From contig CAWETF010000003.1 of the NCBI GenBank assembly GCA_963812045.1, positions 40,209-104,208 on the forward strand: a DNA stretch of 64,000 bases. The letters run 5' to 3'. Positions 11,531 through 17,943 of the stretch are shown piece by piece. Both the position numbers and the translations under genes were made by a program. Under the pieces are notes generated by a model. It did not search any database, was not told the DNA's origin, and saw nothing but the letters and a program-made list of their open reading frames with translations. This stretch comes from an uncultured delta proteobacterium (lineage in GTDB: Bacteria; Desulfobacterota; Syntrophia; Syntrophales; Smithellaceae). Numbering within the stretch: position 1 is the stretch's first letter; each line of letters starts with the position of its first letter.

Positions 11531-12769
11531 ATGATTTCCGTGGAAAAGGCCTTAAAGACAATACTTGTCAATTTCCGGCCGCTCGGCCTGGAAAAAATAA
11601 GTATTCTGCAAGCACGGGAACGGGTCATCGGTGAAAATATTTTCGCTCCGCGCAATATTCCTTCCGCCGATAATTCAGCTATGGATGGTTACGCCGTGCG
11701 CCACACCGACATCAAAGGCGTGACAAAAAATAAACCGCTCAAGCTGAAAATCATAGAAGATATACCCGCAGGCAAAATCGCTCTGAAAAAAATTAAAAAA
11801 GGAGAGGCCGCCCGTATCATGACCGGCGCTGTTATTCCTGAAGGCGCAGATTCTGTTGTCCGTCAGGAAGACGCGCAAAAAGACGGTAAAACCGTCATAA
11901 TTTATACTTCGGCAAGTAAAGGAGAAAATGTCCGTTTTGCCGGTGAAGATGTAAGAGAAGGAAATCTTGTCGTCAAAAAAGGTCATGTTCTCCGTCCCGC
12001 CCACATCGGCATGCTGGCCGCGTTAGGCAAAGCATTTATCAGTGTTTATCAAAAACCGCGTGTGGCGATCATGTCTACCGGAGATGAACTTGTCGATATT
12101 AAAACCAATCCCGGGCCCGGTAAAATAGTCAACAGCAACAGTTATTCTCTGGCGGCGCAGGTTCTGGAATGCGGAGGAATACCGGTAATGCTGGGAATAG
12201 CAAAAGACAAAAAAACGGATCTGCAAAATAAATTCAAAACCGCTCTGGATGCCGACGTGATTATTTCTTCCGGCGGTGTTTCCGTCGGTGATTTTGATTT
12301 TGTCAAAAACGTCATGGGAGAAATTGGCAACGCCATGCATTTCTGGCAGGTGGCCATGCGCCCCGGCAAACCGCTGGCTTTCGGCGCCATCGAAGGCGTG
12401 CCTCTGTTCGGTTTACCGGGCAATCCCGTATCTGCCATGGTTTCCTTCGAACAGTTCGCGCGGCCTTCTCTTATGAAAATGCAGGGGCATAAAAATATTT
12501 TTCGCCGGACGGTTAAAGCCGTCTGCGCTGATGAGATTCAGAAGAAAGAGGGTTTCAAACATTTTATCCGCGCCGTGGTTAAAGAAGAAAAAGGTAAATA
12601 CGTTGTCAGCACAACCGGCGATCAGGGTTCCGGCATTCTGAGATCCATGGTGACGGCCAACGCCTTAATCGTCGTTGGGGAAAATCAAACCCGAATCAAA
12701 AAAGGTGCAACGGTTTCAGTTCAATTGCTCGACGACAGTCTTTTCCGGTCGGATTCATTTCAATTGTGA
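11531..12769 (+). CDS. moeA: Molybdopterin molybdenumtransferase MoeA
   Basis: Typical MoeA motifs: SPxDNSAMDGYAV, RIMTGAxxPxGAD, STGDEL, SGGVSVGDFD, PGNPVSA. Confidence 0.85.
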   Translation: MISVEKALKTILVNFRPLGLEKISILQARERVIGENIFAPRNIPSADNSAMDGYAVRHTDIKGVTKNKPLKLKIIEDIPAGKIALKKIKKGEAARIMTGAVIPEGADSVVRQEDAQKDGKTVIIYTSASKGENVRFAGEDVREGNLVVKKGHVLRPAHIGMLAALGKAFISVYQKPRVAIMSTGDELVDIKTNPGPGKIVNSNSYSLAAQVLECGGIPVMLGIAKDKKTDLQNKFKTALDADVIISSGGVSVGDFDFVKNVMGEIGNAMHFWQVAMRPGKPLAFGAIEGVPLFGLPGNPVSAMVSFEQFARPSLMKMQGHKNIFRRTVKAVCADEIQKKEGFKHFIRAVVKEEKGKYVVSTTGDQGSGILRSMVTANALIVVGENQTRIKKGATVSVQLLDDSLFRSDSFQL

Positions 12770-12780
12770 AGGAGTTTCAC

Positions 12781-14055
12781 ATGAGTCAGAAAAAAATGAA
12801 ATTCGTCGGCAGGAATTCCAAGGATGAAATCATTTCCCGCTTCACAGATCATGTCTCTTCCGGAAAGGCGGAATTTCTCAAGGGAGTGGGTTTTGATTTT
12901 GTTTTCGGAAAGCGCGAAGGCGCTTATGTTTGGGATGCCAATACCGACATGCGGCTGATCAACTGCCATTCGAACGGCGGAGTTTTTAATCTGGGACACC
13001 GCCATCCGGAAATCATCAGCACGCTCGCAGAGGCCTTGAAAGAACTGGACATAGGCAATCATCATTTTATCAGTGAACAGAGAGCGCGGCTGGGAGAGCG
13101 ATTGGCGCAACTAACTCCTGATGGTCTCACATACACGGTATTCGGCGTGGGCGGCGGAGAAGCAATCGATCTGGCCATAAAGCTTGCCCGCGGTTACACA
13201 GGCCGCCAGAAAATTATTTCGGCAATAGGCGGCTATCACGGCCACACTGGACTTGCCCTTGCCACCGGCGACGAGCAGTACCGTGCGCCCTTCGGCCCGA
13301 ACCCGGCCGGATTCCTACAGGTGCCTTTCAATAATAAAGAGGCTCTTTTGAATGCGATCGACGGGGATACCGCCGCTGTCATCTTCGAAACCATACCGGC
13401 CACCTCCGGTATGCCCCTTCCGGACAGCGATTTCTATCGTTTTGTTTCCGAGACGTGCCGGTCGCGCGGATCGCTGTTCATCGTCGACGAGGTGCAAACG
13501 GGGCTGGGACGCACAGGATTGCTCTGGGGGATAGACAACTTTGGAGTAAGTCCCGACATCATGGTCATCGGCAAAGGATTATCCGGCGGGATATATCCGA
13601 TGAGCGCCACGTGCTTTACCAAAGAACTGGAAAGTTTTTTCAATAAAAATCCTTTCATACACGTATCGACATTCGGCGGAGCTGAAGTCGGCTGTCCTGT
13701 GGCCCTGAAGGTTCTGGATATTTCATCAGACCCCGCTTTTCTCGAAAACGTCAACAGCATGGCAGAGATATTCCGCAGAGGTTTCGCCGAGCTAAAAAAA
13801 CGTCATCCGAAAATTCTGGTCGGGCTTCGTCAACTGGGCCTAATGATGGGCATTGAAATGGTTAATGACATGTGCGGACCGATTATGTCCAAAATCTGCT
13901 ACGACAACGGAATCCTTTCCGTGTACGCTAATAATGACAAATGTGTAAGCCAGCTCCTTCCGCCGCTTATCATCGACAGGAACCTGGCCCAGGAAATTAT
14001 TGAACGGGTTGACAAAGCGCTAAAAGAAACTTCACTTCTTCTGAACCTCACCTAA
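12781..14055 (+). CDS. Class-III (fold type I) PLP-dependent aminotransferase-family enzyme; substrate unknown
   Basis: GGVFNLGHRHPE, GGGEAIDLAIKLAR, DEVQTGLGRTG and IGKGLSGG (PLP lysine) are class-III aminotransferase signatures. ATG 12781 is preceded by AAGGAG. Confidence 0.85.
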   Translation: MSQKKMKFVGRNSKDEIISRFTDHVSSGKAEFLKGVGFDFVFGKREGAYVWDANTDMRLINCHSNGGVFNLGHRHPEIISTLAEALKELDIGNHHFISEQRARLGERLAQLTPDGLTYTVFGVGGGEAIDLAIKLARGYTGRQKIISAIGGYHGHTGLALATGDEQYRAPFGPNPAGFLQVPFNNKEALLNAIDGDTAAVIFETIPATSGMPLPDSDFYRFVSETCRSRGSLFIVDEVQTGLGRTGLLWGIDNFGVSPDIMVIGKGLSGGIYPMSATCFTKELESFFNKNPFIHVSTFGGAEVGCPVALKVLDISSDPAFLENVNSMAEIFRRGFAELKKRHPKILVGLRQLGLMMGIEMVNDMCGPIMSKICYDNGILSVYANNDKCVSQLLPPLIIDRNLAQEIIERVDKALKETSLLLNLT

Positions 14056-14070
14056 CCGGAGGAGAAAATT

Positions 14071-15036
14071 ATGCTGAATAAAATCGACCGCGATCTGCTG
14101 CAAAGATTTGAGTATGGTCTCAATCCGCAGAGTCCGGAAACAAGTTTGATCCCGGCACTGATTATTGGTTACGGCGAAATGAGCACTATCTTCGCGATAA
14201 ACGTTCCGGGACAGGAATCTTTTGCCTATAAACGCCTTCCGATATTCCGCACAATGGATGAGATGGATAGCTATGACAAGACCTTTCAGGAATACAACAC
14301 ACGCCTTGGTGATGTCGGTTTGAACATCCCAGCATTCGCCAGCATACAGGTAAAACCGCGCGAAGGAAACATGGTGATCTACAACGTGCAGGCAAGGCTC
14401 GACAGCAGGTCAATCGGCAACCGGCTGATTCATATCCTGCCGGAAAAAGGCGTGATAACGCTTTTCCGGCTAACACTGGCTGAACTGAATAAGGTCTTTA
14501 CCTTCAATGAATCAGGCACGGAAATAAAATTCGGCATAGACGGTCAGATCTCCAACTGGGCAGTTGCCGATTACAGGGAAGATTTAAAAATCGGACCCGA
14601 CACAAAGCTTTATTATATAGACACCAGCACTCCTCTGATGCAGATAAACGGTATTGAACAGCTCAACCCCGAACTTTTTCTGAGAAGCGCTCCGTCATTT
14701 CTGCTCTGGGTAATCAGATTGTTCTTTCTCGAAGGAGTCATGACCAGATATTATGACTTCCGTAAAGTTGTCATTGATCTCATTGCCAATTTCTATAAGG
14801 AACAACTTCCGGAATTTATACCGGCTCTCATCACCGCGGCTAATGATTTCTTTGCGGCAGAGAGGAAAAAATTTAATATTGCCCCCATCACTCCAAAGGA
14901 AGTTGCCGATTACTACAAAGAGGATGCAATGATATGGAGGCTATATCTTGCCCTGCGCAAGATCGACAGATTCCTCCATCTGCGTATCCTCCGAAAGCCT
15001 TATGTTTACATATTACCAGGGAAGATTAAAAGATAA
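14071..15036 (+). CDS. Uncharacterised protein with protein-kinase-like motif order (candidate small-molecule kinase)
   Basis: GGAGGAG RBS 15 nt after the aminotransferase stop. Motifs in order: IGYGEMSTIF (Gly-rich loop-like), FAYKRL (beta3-Lys-like), GIDGQISNW (D-x4-N catalytic-loop-like), YYIDTS (metal-binding Asp-like). The family assignment is unverified. Confidence 0.45.
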   Translation: MLNKIDRDLLQRFEYGLNPQSPETSLIPALIIGYGEMSTIFAINVPGQESFAYKRLPIFRTMDEMDSYDKTFQEYNTRLGDVGLNIPAFASIQVKPREGNMVIYNVQARLDSRSIGNRLIHILPEKGVITLFRLTLAELNKVFTFNESGTEIKFGIDGQISNWAVADYREDLKIGPDTKLYYIDTSTPLMQINGIEQLNPELFLRSAPSFLLWVIRLFFLEGVMTRYYDFRKVVIDLIANFYKEQLPEFIPALITAANDFFAAERKKFNIAPITPKEVADYYKEDAMIWRLYLALRKIDRFLHLRILRKPYVYILPGKIKR

Positions 15037-15087
15037 GGCTGACCTCGGAATCCCTCATATAAAAAGTTTCGCTGATATTTTTGCATG

Positions 15088-15116
15088 TTGACACATTACC
15101 CTTTTGCAGCTAAGTT
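15088..15116 (+). promoter_or_regulatory. Putative sigma70 promoter of selC (TTGACA-N17-TAAGTT)
   Basis: TTGACA at 15088-15093, a 17-nt spacer and TAAGTT at 15111-15116. The mature tRNA 5' end (15124) lies 8 nt downstream of the -10. Confidence 0.45.
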
Positions 15117-15123
15117 TCAGGAT

Positions 15124-15221
15124 GGAAGTGCCAAGGTCACTGGTGGGCCTCCCGGACTTCAAATCCGGTGTGGGGCGCTAAAACCGTCTCAGGTGGGTTC
15201 GATTCCCATGCACTTCCGCCA
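15124..15221 (+). tRNA. selC: tRNA-Sec (selenocysteine tRNA, anticodon UCA)
   Basis: 98 nt. The 8-bp acceptor stem GGAAGTGC/GCACTTCC is followed by GCCA. The anticodon stem-loop is CCGGA-CTTCAAA-TCCGG with TCA central. It has a long extra arm and a GGTTCGATTCC T-loop. The 8-bp acceptor stem plus long variable arm is the bacterial tRNA-Sec hallmark. Confidence 0.9.
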
Positions 15222-15488
15222 TATCTATTCAGAATCATTATATTTAATTTAAATAATGGCTGAACCAAAACTTAACCAAGGACAAGCTTTCTTTCTTATC
15301 CTCATTTTTCAAATTTTTGATTTTATGCTTCTAAGTTACGACCAGTAATCCTGGAAAGATTTTCTAGTTATTTATGAAGTTCTGTTTTAATCCTTTATGA
15401 AATTGGCACATACTTTATTTGCTTGTTGCCGGTAAATTTTCCCGGAGCGCTAAAAGAATAAAATTCTCAGACGTAAAAGAAGCATAAT

Positions 15489-15529
15489 AAGAGGGGCTGA
15501 TCACAGTTGATCAGCCCCTCTTCATTTTT
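15489..15529. terminator. Strong hairpin, potentially a bidirectional intrinsic terminator
   Basis: Perfect 15-bp stem AAGAGGGGCTGATCA / TGATCAGCCCCTCTT (15489-15503 / 15508-15522) with a 4-nt loop. It is followed by CATTTTT on the + strand and a T-rich tract on the - strand. The stop codon of the 99-aa gene sits inside the right arm. Confidence 0.6.
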
Positions 15530-15810
15530 CGAGCAACGATAGCAGCCAATTTTTCTTCCGGCGCATTATTGAGGTCAACAGAATTGCCGGCAACAACAAT
15601 CCACTTGCGGGCGAGATTTTTGAATTCCGGCTTGTCCGCGCAGGCGGTCGGACAGCCGCAGACAAGAATACCTAAATCCCATGGATTTGAAGAATCAGCC
15701 GTTGTAAAAACATATTCCGATGGAAGTAATTTATTTATTTCCTGAACAAGCTTTGTTCTGTCAATGTGCGGGTTACAGCCGCCGCAGTATTTAATGCCAA
15801 TCAATTTCAT
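15511..15810 (-). CDS. Small four-cysteine protein (CGGC ... CGCPTAC), putative metal/redox protein of unknown function
   Basis: 99-aa ORF with normal-looking codon composition and Cys motifs YCGGCNP and VCGCPTAC. No family is confidently recognised. Confidence 0.5.
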   Translation of the reverse strand: MKLIGIKYCGGCNPHIDRTKLVQEINKLLPSEYVFTTADSSNPWDLGILVCGCPTACADKPEFKNLARKWIVVAGNSVDLNNAPEEKLAAIVARKMKRG

Positions 15811-15882
15811 ATTTTGCGTCAGTTCCTATAACTGCAATATAACCTTCATTTTATTTATGCTAAATACAAGAAATGAGCAAGT

Positions 15883-15915
15883 GTCATTACCCGGCTGCGA
15901 CCGGGCAATCCAGAA
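15883..15915. repeat. Short palindromic extragenic repeat, GTCATT-CCGG-type (copy A)
   Basis: GTCATTACCCGGCTGCGACCGGGCAATCCAGAA contains the imperfect hairpin ATTACCCGG/CCGGGCAAT. It is related to the copies at 23411-23448 and 24151-24222. Confidence 0.4.
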
Positions 15916-15918
15916 TTT

Positions 15919-15979
15919 TCGATAGTAATGTCAAACGGTATTATTTGATTTTAATTTGTTATGTCCCCTGAGTTCCTAA
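15919..15979. repeat. Direct repeat R1 flanking the higBA cassette (downstream copy)
   Basis: TCGATAGTAATGTCAAACGGTATTATT matches 16624-16650 at 26/27 positions. A further ~35 nt of weaker similarity ends in CCCCTGAGTTCCTAA. Confidence 0.7.
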
Positions 15980-15989
15980 TTCCAATTTG

Positions 15990-16310
15990 TTATGCCGCAT
16001 GTTTTCCATTATGATCGGTTAATTCATAGCAAAAATTGATTTTTTTCAATTCAGTCCTTAAAATATTTGTTTCCTCTTCCAAATCATAATCATTTTGCAG
16101 ACCAAGCCAGAATTGCGGGCTGTTTCCAAAATATTTGGCAAGCCTCAAAGCAGTGTCCGCAGTAACTCTTCTTTTGCCTTTAATAATTTCCGAAACTCGT
16201 GTTTGGGGAATCTTAATTTCCCTGGACAAACGATAAGCGGTAATATTTAACGGCATCAGAAATTCTTTATCAAGAATTTCACCGGGATGAATGTTGGGAA
16301 GTTTTTTCAT
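15990..16310 (-). CDS. higA: HigA-family antitoxin (XRE-type HTH)
   Basis: IHPGEILxxEFLxPLxITxxxLSxxIxxPxxRVSEIIxGKRxVTADTALRLAKYFGNSPQFWL is the canonical HigA/VapI pattern. It lies directly downstream of higB. Confidence 0.9.
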   Translation of the reverse strand: MKKLPNIHPGEILDKEFLMPLNITAYRLSREIKIPQTRVSEIIKGKRRVTADTALRLAKYFGNSPQFWLGLQNDYDLEEETNILRTELKKINFCYELTDHNGKHAA

Positions 16311-16322
16311 AACCCTCTCCTT

Positions 16323-16604
16323 TTAATGATAATCAGCTATTTCAACATTATGCGCATTTCCATTTATCCATTCAAAACAAATACGCCATTGATCGTTTAT
16401 TCTTATGCTGTATTGACCTTTTCTTTTTCCCTTCAAAAGTTCAAGACGATTCGAAGGGGGTATTTTCAAATCATTCAGTGAAAATGAATTATTTAGCATC
16501 CTCAGCTTTCTGCGTGCTGTTTCTTGTATGTGAGGAGGATATTTTTTTGATATTTCTCCATTCCATATAAGATTCGTCTCTTTTGATTTGAAGGATGCAA
16601 TCAT
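16323..16604 (-). CDS. higB: HigB-family toxin (RelE/ParE superfamily, plasmid maintenance system killer)
   Basis: MIASFKSKETNLIWNG...RKLRMLNNSFSLNDLKIPPSNRLELLKGKRKGQYSIRINDQWRICFEW matches the HigB killer-protein pattern. Toxin-first gene order is typical of higBA. Confidence 0.9.
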   Translation of the reverse strand: MIASFKSKETNLIWNGEISKKYPPHIQETARRKLRMLNNSFSLNDLKIPPSNRLELLKGKRKGQYSIRINDQWRICFEWINGNAHNVEIADYH

Positions 16605-16610
16605 GTTAGT

Positions 16611-16639
16611 ATACTATCGCCACTCGATAGTAATGTCAA
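16611..16639 (-). promoter_or_regulatory. higBA promoter (TTGACA-N17-TAGTAT) with an embedded 8-bp inverted-repeat operator
   Basis: On the minus strand, TTGACA is at 16639-16634, followed by a 17-nt spacer and TAGTAT at 16616-16611. The inverted repeat TACTATCG (16612-16619) / CGATAGTA (16625-16632) lies between the -35 and -10. The ATG A (16604) is 7 nt after the -10. Confidence 0.6.
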
Positions 16640-16686
16640 GCGGTATTATTGGGCTATAATTAAGTATCATGCCCCCGAATTCCTTA
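16624..16686. repeat. Direct repeat R2 flanking the higBA cassette (upstream copy, carries the promoter -35 and half of the operator)
   Basis: See R1. The two copies are 705 bp apart and fill exactly the two intergenic spaces around higBA. Confidence 0.7.
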
Positions 16687-16688
16687 CA

Positions 16689-17330
16689 TTATTCTTTCTT
16701 TTTATTTTTCTTTTCCGACTCCTGTATCGCTAAAGTTATATTTACATAGTTAAACTCGTCCACTGCTTTGGCTAGTGATTTTTGTCCGTTTAAATTTAGG
16801 TGCTTGAATTTATCCTGCATATCTTTTAAAAAATTAAAGTAACCATCAAAGTCCTTTGAATATTTTTTAAATTCAAAAGTCCCGTTTTTAAATATATCTA
16901 ATTGGTCATAGTGTTTTTTGGATTTTTCTCCCCTAATGTAAGTGTCCCACATTACAAAAACGTTTGGATTTTTTAAGTGCATAAGTTTCGGTGCACCTGT
17001 AAACTTAATACCTTCGATTTCTGATAATGAATTATAAATTGTCCGAATGTCATTTTTATAGTTGTCAAAATTAATTGTCTTAAAGTCTTGCCCATTGATT
17101 TTATTAAAATTTGGTTTGAGTGTTTCAAGTACCGTTTTGAAATTATCAATGTCAAATTGTTTAACTGCATAACGAAAAATAGCAAAGTTCCACGTTGTCA
17201 AGATTAAGAGTAGTCCTTCCGTTTCAAAGCCAGAGTCAATTAATTTTTTAGCTAAAGTAAAAAAGTTTGTTCTTCCCTCTCTTTTATCAAAATCGTCCGT
17301 TGTTTTATTAAATATATCAATGTCAATCAT
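16689..17330 (-). CDS. Hypothetical protein, AT-rich, no recognised family
   Basis: ORF 16689-17384. Start taken at MIDIDIF (GGAGA 4 nt upstream). It is Lys/Asn/Phe-rich, and the only notable segment is TGAPKLMHLKNPNVFVMWD. Confidence 0.5.
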   Translation of the reverse strand: MIDIDIFNKTTDDFDKREGRTNFFTLAKKLIDSGFETEGLLLILTTWNFAIFRYAVKQFDIDNFKTVLETLKPNFNKINGQDFKTINFDNYKNDIRTIYNSLSEIEGIKFTGAPKLMHLKNPNVFVMWDTYIRGEKSKKHYDQLDIFKNGTFEFKKYSKDFDGYFNFLKDMQDKFKHLNLNGQKSLAKAVDEFNYVNITLAIQESEKKNKKKE

Positions 17331-17412
17331 TGTGTCTCCATGCATTTTTATAATGATCGGCAAAGAAAAAATCAGCCGGAGCATTAGCGATCAGCTGTAT
17401 TGATTTGTTGAC

Positions 17413-17892
17413 CTACCACCATTTAATTGTGTTTGTTTTAAATTCAAACATCTTTATATTTGGGTCTTGTTTATAATTATTGATGTGTTGTTTGGTCATT
17501 TTCCAACCAGAAGCAGTTTTTCCTTTTGGGAAGATCTCTAATAAATGACTCATGGATAAAATAAAACCATGAAAAGTATCTCCTGCGTCAACAACGATGG
17601 CAAAATAAGGAGCACAACCAAAAGCAATACATGCAGCCTCTGCCTTGGTAAAGTTATCATTGGGGATGCTTACATATTCATCTTCCGAACCTTCAGTACG
17701 GCTTCTACTCTTGACGGAGATGCCCATGATCTCTTGTGTGTGAGGATTACGAGCTATTATGTCAATCCCTGTATGATCCACCGGAGCACATTCGAACCCG
17801 TATTTTGATAGCCAGTACAATACAAGCGTTTCACCAAAGTCGCCTGTGATTTTTGCATGCCTTGTGCTTTTGTTAATTTTCATTTTATTCAT
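17413..17892 (-). CDS. Small PD-(D/E)xK-fold-like protein resembling archaeal Hjc/YraN-type nucleases
   Basis: Motif order GDFGE (helix-1 Glu) ... GIDIIA (beta-strand Asp) ... ISVKSR (x-V-K strand), then a G-x-P-hydrophobic strand, parallels Hjc (AERE...VDLVA...IEVK). The usual acidic residue before V-K is Ser, so catalytic competence is uncertain. Confidence 0.45.
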   Translation of the reverse strand: MNKMKINKSTRHAKITGDFGETLVLYWLSKYGFECAPVDHTGIDIIARNPHTQEIMGISVKSRSRTEGSEDEYVSIPNDNFTKAEAACIAFGCAPYFAIVVDAGDTFHGFILSMSHLLEIFPKGKTASGWKMTKQHINNYKQDPNIKMFEFKTNTIKWW

Positions 17893-17943
17893 CTGGCCAA
17901 AAATATTTATACAGTCTGGAATTCTGGGGACACAACACTTAAT

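Noticed and set aside
15256-15348. 30-aa hydrophobic ORF (MAEPKLNQGQAFFLILIFQIFDFMLLSYDQ) between selC and the hairpin, considered as a type I toxin-like peptide
   Set aside because: It has no Shine-Dalgarno sequence and no obvious antisense RNA promoter, and it lies in AT-rich spacer where such ORFs arise by chance.
15403-15424. TGGCAC...TTTGC sequence resembling a sigma54 promoter
   Set aside because: The GG-to-GC spacing is 14 nt instead of the required 10 nt, and no downstream plus-strand gene exists.
15953-15995. Duplicated AATTTGTTATG near the higA stop, considered as an integron attC core
   Set aside because: GTTATGY does not fit the GTTRRRY core. No attC-like imperfect palindrome or intI gene is present.
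15222-17943. Interpretation as a bona fide integrative island inserted into selC
   Set aside because: No integrase, recombinase or transposase gene is present, and I could not find a direct repeat of the tRNA-Sec 3' end at the far side. Only compositional and gene-content hints remain.
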